From NCBI GenBank assembly GCA_945891385.1, contig CAMDDJ010000012.1, positions 1,940-65,939 of the forward strand: a stretch of DNA of 64,000 nucleotides. Reading direction: 5' to 3'. Below are positions 43,301-51,122 of the stretch, one piece after another (within the stretch, counting starts at the first letter, position 1; every line of letters begins with the position of its first letter). A program made the translations under genes and the position numbers. The DNA comes from Candidatus Kuenenia stuttgartensis (lineage in GTDB: Bacteria > Planctomycetota > Planctomycetia > Pirellulales > UBA1268). A model generated the notes under the pieces. That model made no database searches and was not told the origin of the DNA. It saw only the letters and a program-made list of their open reading frames with translations.

Positions 43301-46176
43301 GGCGGCTGCTCGCGTCGGTCTCGCTGCTCGCCGGCGGACTGGCGATTCTTGCCGGATGGACATTGATCGGCTTCCGACCGGTGGCGGCGATCGCGGTCTG
43401 CGGTGCGGCGGGCCTGCTGGCCTTGTGGCTGGCGGCACCGTGGGACGGAATCGCCCGAATGGTCTGGTGGGGAAGCATCGTCGGCATCTGGGCCGCGGCC
43501 CGACGGGGTGGAACTCGAGGCGTTGCGGTACCCGGCTGGTGTGCCCGGCGACTGATCGTCATCGGCTGCGCGTGCCTCGGCGGAGACGCGGTCGGGGGCG
43601 AGGCCGAGCCGGCGGGGAATCCTCCGCTGCGGGTCATTGTTTCCGAGGAGCCCGGCGGCGGGATGGCGCTCGTGCCCGAAGTGCTGTTTCGTCGGCTCGC
43701 TGTCGCGGAAGCGGCCTTGGCGGTGCCGGCGGTTCGCGTCATGCACGCCGAGGTCTGCATTCAACCGGGTGGAGACGCCTGGCACGTGCGGCTTGTGATC
43801 GATGCCGACCGCGGTGGAACGCTCCGCCTCCCGACCGATCGCGGAAGTCGGTGGATGTCCGACAGCGGCCAGACCACCGAGGGATCGGTCACGGTCGAGA
43901 TCGGTGCGAACCATCTGCACCTGTTCTCGCCGGAAGGCGGTCGGGCCGAGATCGCCCTGCGGTATGAGCCGGAGTTCGTCGGGGACGGGGCGGTCGAAGC
44001 GGCTGTGATGCCGCTGCCGCCGGCGGCGGCGGCGAGTGTCGTTGTTCCCGACCGCGCCGGGGGCGAGACCGATCCCGGCTGGCAGTGCGACCGCTCCGAA
44101 GCGGAAGGCCCCTGGCGGCCGGCCACCTGGACCGGAGACGCATTCGACGTGTCGCGTGCGACACGAATCAGGATCGTGAGGCCGGTCGTGTCCACCGATC
44201 TGCTCGTGGCCCACGTCCGGGCCGCCGAAAGCGTCAACGACGTTTCGTGGAGATCCACCGAATGCCGGGTTGATGCCAGCTTCACCGTCGGGGGAGAGGC
44301 GGAGGTCGTCCGCCGTCTCGTCCTGCGGGCGGATGCCGGTCTTCAGCCGGTCGTCGGCGTGGCCGGCTTCGTGTCGCTCGGGCACGGCCGATACCAGGTC
44401 GACGTGATCCAGCCCGCTCGAGGGCAGCGCGTGGTGACAGCCTCGTTTCGCATGCCGCTCAACGATCCGGTGGGGGTCTTCGAACTGCCCGGAGTCTGGC
44501 TCGAGGGAGTCGGTACCGACCAGCGGACCGTGCGGCTTCGGCCCGAACCGGGCCTGGAAGCCTCTCCGGAACTGCCCCGCGGGCTGACGCTCGTGCGACC
44601 GCGTGCCGAGGATGGCCCCCCTTCGGCGGCGATCTGGCGGAGCGAGGTGGTGGCGGAAGGAGCCGACGCCAGTCCCGAGGCCGCCGCCCGGCCCCGGATC
44701 GCGGTTCGGCGGCGGCCAGTGTCGCCGCGTGGCAGTCAGTCGCTCCTGGTCACGATGGCTGCGGACCGAACGACCCTCCAACTCGACGTCGAATTGGAGG
44801 CAGTGACGTTGCCACTCGTCCTGATCCCGCTCGAGCTGCCCGACGACGCCCGGATCGATCGGCTCGTGGTGACCCGCCGCAGCGACGGCGGCGAGGCCTT
44901 GGAGCCTGCCGCGATCGACACCGTCTGGTCGCGTTCAGCCGCGGGCCGGCTGGCGGTCGTCCTGCAGCGGCCCGATACGGGCTTATTCCGCCTCCGGCTC
45001 GCTGCCCGGATCCCAGGGCCTCCGCTTGGCAGCGGTCGCATGCCGCTCGCTCGTGCCGACCTCGACGGGAGCCTGCCGCTCGCCGTCAGCTGGCGCGGGT
45101 TGTCGGGGCTGACCATCGGGCTTCCCGATCAGGTGGCGGCCGTCGGCGAGCCACGGAAGGAGTGGCTCGAGATTCCCGCCGGTGAGCCTGGGCCGGCCTA
45201 CGAACTGAGTCGTGACTCCGGGGAGGATGTGGCGGAAGCCGCCGGGGTCGACGACGTGCCGGCCGTGGCCGTCGATGTCGGTGTTGCTCTCACCGACGTC
45301 CACCTGGCGATCGATCATCGAGGGCGTAGTTGGGGGCTCGCCCGGTTCGACCTGGTTGCGGCGGAGCCCACGCTCCTGCTGGAACTTCCCTCGGGTCTTC
45401 GACTGTTCGACGTGCGGGTCGATGGCCGCGAGGTGACGGCGACGCCACGGGCCGATTCGAACTGGGAGGTGAGGCTTCACGACGTCACTTGGCCGCGGAC
45501 GCTGGTCGCCCTGTTCGCCGGCAGCGTGACTGGGCCACTCTCCGAGGGCAAGCCGATCCGGCTCGTGCCTCCGCGGATCATCGGGCTGCCGTCTGCCGAC
45601 GTGATGTGGTCGCTCGACGTTCCTCCGGGATACTCGCTGAGGCTTGGTGATTCCGCGATGCCGCTCGGCCCCGGGGCCTGGCAGGTCGGCGCAGAGCGAA
45701 GCCGGGAGTGGTATGGCGAGGCCTTCCAGGCCGCGATCGCGGCGGTCGGTCCACAAGAACGACAGTGGCTCGAGTCGTTCGCCATGGCCCGCCGCGCGGG
45801 GACCGCTCCGGCCGGCGAGGCGGCCTGGTATGAGGCGTGGGCCGCCACGGCCGCAGCGGCCAGCGGGCAGACGCGGCTCGATGCCGGGCACTCGGGAGTG
45901 GTGACGGTTCGCCCAGTCCCGGTGCCGGATGCGACGACGGCGGCACGCGGCCTGGCGTCGCTGGTGCTCGTGTTCGTGGTAGCCGCGGCCTGGGCCGGGG
46001 GCCGTCGGGTGTCGGCGGCCGGCTGGCAGGCCGTCGCCCGATGGTGGTGGGCTGGTTGTGGATTGGCCTGGGTGGCGTTGTTCCAGCCGCTGATCCCGGG
46101 CTTGATCATGCTCTGCTTCGGTATGTGGATCGCGTTCCGAGGCGGGGAACGTGCCGAGCCCGACCCCACGGCCTGA
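40321..46176 (+). CDS. Giant exported hypothetical protein 2 (1951 aa): two tandem modules, each ending in a multi-TM cluster
   Basis: ATG at 40321 overlaps the stop of the previous gene (ATGA). Signal peptide MIPRTLAWGILAAVLVAAGSRGARG. Mid-protein TM cluster (~43300-43510) followed by a lipobox-like RRLIVIGCACLGG. C-terminal TM cluster LASLVLVFVVAAAWAG / WWWAGCGLAWVALFQPLIPGLIMLCFGMWIAF. The track ORF start at 39751 is a spurious extension. Confidence 0.7.
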   Translation: MIPRTLAWGILAAVLVAAGSRGARGVDPRPLSVNAGGGGEPAITGGDESPAVAPATTAIEFVRVNAAAATIDELPLDAGRSIPMPLAEFNAALAAIGAGPGGRFQPSATNASYDLTTAPDGGLVGELSFEVGDLQGAVRTAMPLGKLSAERCEVRTSAGTGEAAVFGLSDGRVAVRLVGPGSYRCTIRLPPLDAGHVNRLPLVPALVTTITLRLPAGVRPVVLGDLAASALVEPLVTGDGGWRIVVAAAEELPLTIQDARRPPPSVTCWSHISLRGRQADVATRIVPLAAWTAAELELTGDPAIVTTGVRDDSGRDVPWAGGPGDLRISIPERLIGSLTPVVVTGIVPITEAARQPLPDWRPLRSRWAGAGTHVVTDAAFALEALELDQCLVVTPADAAAWPVPTTPGDARPFDSLAGGCRLFLEHQSPSATARIAVGPRTPSFDTARVTTVDVSPGTVLGRAACDVRVVAGEVFSLTATVAPGWFIDSVEAVDWQRPPRGRQAKEPIDSALEWRVVRSSVGNELRIGLAAAVSSARPLGLLITGHRPGVPLGSRFSLAELDMVRLPGESPELSLLEFRVGPMAVVETEGEPLPVEPATGRLAPLAAESAARARVPAGDQAPPIVARLVRRRPPVAAEVRVGLVARDERVAETFSFTCHPVAGEIDAVVVHFSEPMPTGLEWTLVEPATGSLAARRLDPGEAAMGAAMPDLGVAESWLIDVRPATAESVQFTAARTVAMEAAVPVPLAWVEGAEQPGGRVTISGEAGQRPEIMNRRLREVPPTAHDGGPASVTLAYGGPESVAAAAGAAADLRPPAPATGARAWAWRESITCQCHDSGTLEWESRLDIENQGRSTVSLTVPDGLRLESVSVAGSGVAASEFGQSGGTLVVPLPSDRGRVSLVISGTGTRDARFGWWSLGAIACGVDLPILNRDARLVLPPGLALVGGPGQPRRSWPERLFLAAAHDGGTPSVARSFDITSSLRAGVTNATVVRRRLLASVSLLAGGLAILAGWTLIGFRPVAAIAVCGAAGLLALWLAAPWDGIARMVWWGSIVGIWAAARRGGTRGVAVPGWCARRLIVIGCACLGGDAVGGEAEPAGNPPLRVIVSEEPGGGMALVPEVLFRRLAVAEAALAVPAVRVMHAEVCIQPGGDAWHVRLVIDADRGGTLRLPTDRGSRWMSDSGQTTEGSVTVEIGANHLHLFSPEGGRAEIALRYEPEFVGDGAVEAAVMPLPPAAAASVVVPDRAGGETDPGWQCDRSEAEGPWRPATWTGDAFDVSRATRIRIVRPVVSTDLLVAHVRAAESVNDVSWRSTECRVDASFTVGGEAEVVRRLVLRADAGLQPVVGVAGFVSLGHGRYQVDVIQPARGQRVVTASFRMPLNDPVGVFELPGVWLEGVGTDQRTVRLRPEPGLEASPELPRGLTLVRPRAEDGPPSAAIWRSEVVAEGADASPEAAARPRIAVRRRPVSPRGSQSLLVTMAADRTTLQLDVELEAVTLPLVLIPLELPDDARIDRLVVTRRSDGGEALEPAAIDTVWSRSAAGRLAVVLQRPDTGLFRLRLAARIPGPPLGSGRMPLARADLDGSLPLAVSWRGLSGLTIGLPDQVAAVGEPRKEWLEIPAGEPGPAYELSRDSGEDVAEAAGVDDVPAVAVDVGVALTDVHLAIDHRGRSWGLARFDLVAAEPTLLLELPSGLRLFDVRVDGREVTATPRADSNWEVRLHDVTWPRTLVALFAGSVTGPLSEGKPIRLVPPRIIGLPSADVMWSLDVPPGYSLRLGDSAMPLGPGAWQVGAERSREWYGEAFQAAIAAVGPQERQWLESFAMARRAGTAPAGEAAWYEAWAATAAAASGQTRLDAGHSGVVTVRPVPVPDATTAARGLASLVLVFVVAAAWAGGRRVSAAGWQAVARWWWAGCGLAWVALFQPLIPGLIMLCFGMWIAFRGGERAEPDPTA

Positions 46177-46320
46177 TCCAACGCCGGCGGCCGGCCTTGC
46201 GAACCCACCGTGGCAGGCTGGCAAGCCTGGTCGACCAGGCAAACCGCAAACCGCTCTGGTTCACGGGTCTGGCCGCAGCTACCGTTCCGCCCCGCTCGAC
46301 GACGGTCGCCCTGGGTTGAA

Positions 46321-46341
46321 TTCCGGCTGAAACAGCCGGAA
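46321..46341 (+). terminator. Stem-loop downstream of the giant-protein genes (possible terminator or RNA-processing hairpin)
   Basis: TTCCGGCTG-AAA-CAGCCGGAA is a perfect 9-bp stem, 145 nt after the stop at 46176. There is no U-tract, so function is uncertain. Confidence 0.25.
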
Positions 46342-46416
46342 CCAGCGCACGGCAAGGGTTCGGAATGGATTCCGGGCCGCTCACGCCGTCAGACCGCAAG
46401 GAGGCTTGTCAGGGAC

Positions 46417-47409
46417 ATGCTGTCGCGACTCGACCGTGGATGGAACACGCGACCGGCCGGGCTCGGAACCGCCCGATGGGTCGCAGCCCTGGCCTGTGGG
46501 ATGGCGGTCATTGGCTGGTTGCTTGCCGGCAGTACGAGCCTTGCCGCCGGCTACCGCACGGCCAACTTCGTCGTCGAGGCCCCGACCGCAGAACTTGCCC
46601 GGAAGATCGGCGATGCCGCCGAGCAGTATCGCCACACGCTCGCCGTGGAGTGGACCGGCGGGCCGCTGCCCCGCTGGAGCCGGCCCTGCCCGATCACCGC
46701 CCAGGTAGCGCCCCATCTTGGCGCCGGCGGTGCGACCAGTTTCGTGTTCGACAAGGGCGAGGTCTTCAACTGGACGATGACGATCCAGGGCAGCGAGGAG
46801 CGGATCCTCGATTCCGTGCTGCCGCACGAGATCACCCATACCGTTTTCGCGAGTTATTTCCGTCAGCCGCTGCCCCGCTGGGCCGACGAAGGAGCCTGCA
46901 CCACCGTCGAGCATCCGGTGGAGCGGGCCCGGCAGCATCGGATGCTGATCGAGTTTCTCACCACCGGCCGCGGCATCGCCTTCCCCGACATGTTCGCGAT
47001 GCGGGAGTATCCGGCCGATGTCCTGCCCCTCTACTCCCAGGGCTACTCGCTCGCTCGGTATCTGATCGAGCGAGGTGGCCGACACAAATACGTCGCGTTT
47101 GTCCGCGACGGCCTGGCCCGCGACGACTGGGGCGGTGCCTTGGCCAAGCACTACGGCGTGGGTGACATCCCGCAGTTGCAGCATGTCTGGCTCGACTGGG
47201 TCAAGCAGGGCTGCCCGGCGCCGCCGGCTTCGCTGGCGGCCGCCCCGACCCCGCCGGCCAATGCCTGGACGCCGACGGCCCGTGGCCAGAGCCCCGATGG
47301 CCAGAGCCCCGATGGCCAGCCGATGGCCTGGGCCGGTGCCGACGGTCGACCCGTCGCCACCAGCGCGGCCCGCACGAGCATCTACGCCCGCGGCGGCCTG
47401 ACCCGCTGA
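46417..47409 (+). CDS. Membrane-anchored zincin-like protein (HExxH; peptidase-MA-like domain)
   Basis: AAGGAGG SD at 46397-46403, ATG at 46417. N-terminal TM WVAALACGMAVIGWLLAG. HEITHTVF...PLPRWADEGACTTVE matches the HExxH + downstream Glu arrangement of Peptidase_MA_2-type domains. The C-terminal tail has a GQSPD tandem repeat. Confidence 0.6.
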   Translation: MLSRLDRGWNTRPAGLGTARWVAALACGMAVIGWLLAGSTSLAAGYRTANFVVEAPTAELARKIGDAAEQYRHTLAVEWTGGPLPRWSRPCPITAQVAPHLGAGGATSFVFDKGEVFNWTMTIQGSEERILDSVLPHEITHTVFASYFRQPLPRWADEGACTTVEHPVERARQHRMLIEFLTTGRGIAFPDMFAMREYPADVLPLYSQGYSLARYLIERGGRHKYVAFVRDGLARDDWGGALAKHYGVGDIPQLQHVWLDWVKQGCPAPPASLAAAPTPPANAWTPTARGQSPDGQSPDGQPMAWAGADGRPVATSAARTSIYARGGLTR

Positions 47410-47442
47410 CGCAGATCCTGGCATCGGACAGCCAACTTCACC

Positions 47443-47523
47443 GGCTCGGGGGAGGCAAAAGTCGCGTCGCGGGCGAGGATACGCCCCAATTGCTCCGCGA
47501 GCGTTCGCCGACCCCCTCGCCTT
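47443..47523 (+). repeat. Palindromic intergenic repeat, copy 4
   Basis: GGCTCGGGGGAGGCAAAAGTCGCGTCGCGGGCGAGGATACGCCCCAATTGCTCCGCGAGCGTTCGCCGACCCCCTCGCC, between convergent stops at 47409 and 47564. Confidence 0.85.
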
Positions 47524-47563
47524 CGTCTGGTGAGCTGCAGGAAGCGGCGACTGGCGTCTCGGG

Positions 47564-48298
47564 TCAGAGCGTGATGAAGGCGCCCATCGGGCCGACGCCG
47601 ATCGACGAGCGGCGCGGCGGTACATCGGAGAACGGCGGCGACCCGCCGCCGGAGCGGTACGGCGAATGGGCCGGGGCGGCCCGGGCCCGAGCCGCGGCCT
47701 CGCGGGACGCCGCGGAGGTGGCCTGGCGACCGGCCGCGGCCCGATCCACCATCGCGGCCTGCCGCGACTCCACCCCCTGCTGCCGCTGCTGCAGGGCGGC
47801 CCGCTGGGACTCGATCCGCTGGATCTCCTGCCAGAGTTGGGCGGCCGACATGTCGAGGATGTTGGGAACGTTTCGCAGCGCCTGGGCCCGGCGGCCGTCC
47901 GACATCGCGGAGAGATACTCGCCCAGCCAGGCCTTCGCGTCTCGCGCCTCGGGAGTGTCGAGCAGCTGGAGCTTGGCCGAGATCGAGTCGAGCAGATACT
48001 CGAGTTCATACGACGACATCGCGGCGACCCGGTCGTTGAATTGCACCTTGATCGACTGGACCTGGGCCGGCGAATAGAGCGTCTGGGTGGCCAGCCAGCT
48101 GCCGAGTTCCGAGACGGCCCGCTGCCACCTGGGGCTGTGCATCAGGTCGGCCTTGCGGGCCAGGTCACCGTCGTCGTCGGTGGCGGCCGGGGCGGCACCG
48201 AGGGCCGGCGAGATGGTCGCGATCATGATCGTGGCCGAGCCCAGCCAGCAGGCCAGGGCCAGGGCGGTCAGTTCCAGCCGAACACGCGAGATGATCAT
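47564..48298 (-). CDS. Secreted hypothetical protein, paralog B of 21469-22248
   Basis: ATG at 48298. Signal/TM segment MIISRVRLELTALALACWLGSATIMIATISPALGA. Alignable over most of its length with the 21469-22248 product. ATGA overlap with the upstream NTF2-like gene. Confidence 0.6.
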   Translation of the reverse strand: MIISRVRLELTALALACWLGSATIMIATISPALGAAPAATDDDGDLARKADLMHSPRWQRAVSELGSWLATQTLYSPAQVQSIKVQFNDRVAAMSSYELEYLLDSISAKLQLLDTPEARDAKAWLGEYLSAMSDGRRAQALRNVPNILDMSAAQLWQEIQRIESQRAALQQRQQGVESRQAAMVDRAAAGRQATSAASREAAARARAAPAHSPYRSGGGSPPFSDVPPRRSSIGVGPMGAFITL

Positions 48299-49308
48299 TC
48301 TGCATTCCCCTTCGACGTGCGGATCCAGGTGGCCTTCGTCGGCCGACCGTCGTCGGTTTCGAGCGCGTCCGGCAGCATCCGCCAGACGCACCGATCGCTT
48401 CCGTCATAACTGTAGATGTTGACGGCCGTTTCCTGCCGGCCGGTGGGCAGCACGGCGGTTCGCACGGCAACCCAGGAATCACCGTCGCGAAACCAGGTCG
48501 CCTCGCCGCGGCTCCCGTCCGACGAGAAACTCCAGGACCGAATCCGGCGGACGAGCGGATCCCAGCCGATCCGCTGGTGAACCTCCACGAAACCAGCCTC
48601 GCCGGCGACAGGCACCCGGGCATCGCGAACCAGAAACGATTCGCCCGCATCCCAGCGGACCTTCATCTCCATCGCGGGGGCGTTGGGTTGTTCGGCATCG
48701 CCAGCGGCGTCGACCACGAGCTTCCAATCACCGACCATCCAGCCGAGGTCGGCGAGCATGTCGACGTCGGCGGGCAGTGGCCGCTCGGCCTCGCGGAGGC
48801 TGGTCAGCTTCCAGGCTCCATCCTGCCGCGCCCAGACGGCGGAGAACCAGCCTTCGATCGGGGTCTCCATGCCGGGCAGGATCGCGTCGACGGTGCCGTC
48901 CTCGACCGCAACGTCGGGTGTGATGAACCGCACCCGCGACTCGCCGAAGCGAAACTCGGGCCGCGGCCCCGCGGTCGGTGTTCCCCCGGCCGGCGAACCG
49001 GTGAGCGCGGCTGGGTCGTTGGCCAGAAACTGGTTCCCCCAGCCATCGACGATGTCACCGTCGGCGGTCCATGCGGCTCGGATGGCGGCTTCATCGCCCG
49101 TGGCGAGCGCCGCACGATAGGCGGTGGCCGCTGCCCGGATCGCGGCCACATCGGCGGGGCCGCCTCCGGTCGGGGCGGCGTCGGCAACGGCCGCCGACAG
49201 GAGTCCGGCGACTGTCACAACGGCCGGGATGAGGCCGCCGAGCCTGACCCGGGAACCACCGCGAACACAGGATCCGCGGAGATCTGCCGCGGCGGAGAAA
49301 ACCGGCAT
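48295..49308 (-). CDS. Secreted protein with two NTF2-like (SnoaL/DUF4440-type) domains
   Basis: Signal-like N-terminus, then VAAIRAAATAYRAALATGDEAAIRAAWTADGDIVDGWGNQF (a DUF4440/SgcJ-like opening helix pattern) and a second similar half (LGWMVGDWKL...). Assignment is by pattern only. Confidence 0.5.
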   Translation of the reverse strand: MPVFSAAADLRGSCVRGGSRVRLGGLIPAVVTVAGLLSAAVADAAPTGGGPADVAAIRAAATAYRAALATGDEAAIRAAWTADGDIVDGWGNQFLANDPAALTGSPAGGTPTAGPRPEFRFGESRVRFITPDVAVEDGTVDAILPGMETPIEGWFSAVWARQDGAWKLTSLREAERPLPADVDMLADLGWMVGDWKLVVDAAGDAEQPNAPAMEMKVRWDAGESFLVRDARVPVAGEAGFVEVHQRIGWDPLVRRIRSWSFSSDGSRGEATWFRDGDSWVAVRTAVLPTGRQETAVNIYSYDGSDRCVWRMLPDALETDDGRPTKATWIRTSKGNAE

Positions 49309-49406
49309 GGATGAATCCTCGCAAGGCCCGACAGCCCATCGACCGAGCGGCCGAGACTAACGTGGCCGCCCGCCGCTGTCCAATCAACCGGTCGAAGCCC
49401 CGAGGG

Positions 49407-50366
49407 CTACGGCTTGATGCCGGTCACCAGCAGTGTGATGTGATAGAAGACCGGCGCCGCGAAGCACATCGAATCGATCCGGTCGAGCACACCGCCGTGG
49501 CCGACCACGAGCGTGCCGTAATCCTTGACGCCTCGGTCGCGCTTGATGGCCGACATCGTCATGCCGCCGGCGAAGCCCATCACGGCGACCACGAAGCCGG
49601 CCAGTGTCGCTTGCCAGAGTTGGAAGGGGGGCGCAGCCCACCACATCGCCGCCGCCAGCAGCGCCGTGCTCGTCGCGCTCCCCAGCAGTCCTTCCCAGGT
49701 GCGGTTGGAACTCACCGCCGCCGCCACGAGCCGCTGGCCGAGCATCTGGCTCCAGACGTATTGCATGCAGTCGGCGAACTGCACGAGCAGGATCAGGAAG
49801 AACAGGAGCCGGAAGTTGCCGCCGGGGCTGTCGTGGCTGCCGGGCAGCGGAAGTTGGAGGAGGGCCGGGGCGAACGACAGGCAGTAGACGCACACGACGA
49901 GCCCGGCCTGGATCTTTGCGGTCCGTTCCAGGAATCGCTTGTAGTCACCGGCGAAGGCCACGCGGGCGAGCACGAACAGCGTGGCATAGACCGGCAGGAA
50001 GACGCTGAACACGTCGTATCGATTGAACGCCACGAGCACATAGTGAATCGGCGTGAAGGCGAAGAACACCCAGAATAGCGCGCGGTGGTCGCCCTTGCGG
50101 GTGGGCGTGAGCGTGATGAACTCCCGCAACGCCCAGAACGAGACCAGGCCGAAGAGCACCACCGTGGCGGTCGTGCCAAACCAGAAGGCGGCCGCCAGCA
50201 CGGTGCAGAGGATCCACCAGCCACGGAGGCGGCGGTTGAAGGTCTTGATCGCGGCCGGGTCGAGACCGCGGTCGGGGTGGCGGCGGAGAAATTGCCCCAC
50301 CGCCGTCGCAGCCGTCAGCAGGGCGAGCACGCCGGCGACGAGGGCGATCGTACGGTGGTCGGTCAT
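49407..50366 (-). CDS. cdsA: Phosphatidate cytidylyltransferase
   Basis: Polytopic protein. The C-terminal CdsA signature is present: SAIKRDRGVKDYGTLVVGHGGVLDRIDSMCFAAPVFYH. Confidence 0.85.
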   Translation of the reverse strand: MTDHRTIALVAGVLALLTAATAVGQFLRRHPDRGLDPAAIKTFNRRLRGWWILCTVLAAAFWFGTTATVVLFGLVSFWALREFITLTPTRKGDHRALFWVFFAFTPIHYVLVAFNRYDVFSVFLPVYATLFVLARVAFAGDYKRFLERTAKIQAGLVVCVYCLSFAPALLQLPLPGSHDSPGGNFRLLFFLILLVQFADCMQYVWSQMLGQRLVAAAVSSNRTWEGLLGSATSTALLAAAMWWAAPPFQLWQATLAGFVVAVMGFAGGMTMSAIKRDRGVKDYGTLVVGHGGVLDRIDSMCFAAPVFYHITLLVTGIKP

Positions 50367-50411
50367 GGCCTGGCCCGGGATGCGCGGGCCTGGTTCCCAG
50401 GGTTCGCGGTG

Positions 50412-51122
50412 CTATTCCTTGAGGGCCAACACCGCCCGGCGGGCCCGTTCCAAGAAATCGAGTTTCGCCTCGCCCCGCTCCAGCCACAAGGGCGGCCCGA
50501 AACTGATGCAGGAGAGCAGGGGAACCGGCAGGAACTCGCCGCGGGGCAGCACGCGGTTGAGGTTGTCGATGTGCACCGGGATCAATTCGAGTTCCGGCCT
50601 CTTCTTGGCCAGGTAATAGAGACCACTTTTGAACTCGCCGATCTCGCCCGTCACGCTCCGGCTGCCCTCCGGGAACACGATGAGGGAATGACTCGGACCC
50701 GCCTCGCGGAGCATGAGATCGACCGGGCTCTGGTGCACTTTGATATCGGTGCGGTCGATCAGAATGGCGTCGAACACCTCCTGGGCCAGCCACCGCCGGA
50801 CGATGCCGCGCGACCAGTAATCCTTGGCCGCCACCGGCCGGGTCACCTCTCGAACGCTCTGCGGCAGAGACGCCCAGATCACGAGCGCGTCGAGGTGGCT
50901 CGTGTGATTGGCGAAGTAGACCCGCTGGCAGGTGTCGGGCTGGCTGGCGATCCAGCGAACGCTCGCCCCGGCGAGCAGCCGGGCCAGAGCGGCCAGCCCC
51001 AGGCCGGCCGCGCGGCAGACCGCCGACCGCTGCCGGGGGACCGGTGCCGGAGGCTGGCGTTCGCGGATGTCGGCTGGCGAGAGCATCGCTGCATCATCGA
51101 TCGTCGCGGGCGGCATGGTCAA
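50412..51122 (-). CDS. plsC: 1-acyl-sn-glycerol-3-phosphate acyltransferase
   Basis: HXXXXD motif (NHTSHLDALV) and FPEGSRS motif. Overlaps the upstream MBL gene's stop (51119-51122). Confidence 0.85.
   Translation of the reverse strand: MTMPPATIDDAAMLSPADIRERQPPAPVPRQRSAVCRAAGLGLAALARLLAGASVRWIASQPDTCQRVYFANHTSHLDALVIWASLPQSVREVTRPVAAKDYWSRGIVRRWLAQEVFDAILIDRTDIKVHQSPVDLMLREAGPSHSLIVFPEGSRSVTGEIGEFKSGLYYLAKKRPELELIPVHIDNLNRVLPRGEFLPVPLLSCISFGPPLWLERGEAKLDFLERARRAVLALKE

Noticed and set aside
47284-47313. 15-bp perfect tandem GGCCAGAGCCCCGAT x2 (encodes GQSPDGQSPDGQP) in the tail of the HExxH protein.
   Set aside because: This is a trivial microsatellite-like duplication in a low-complexity C-terminal tail and is not a separate functional element.
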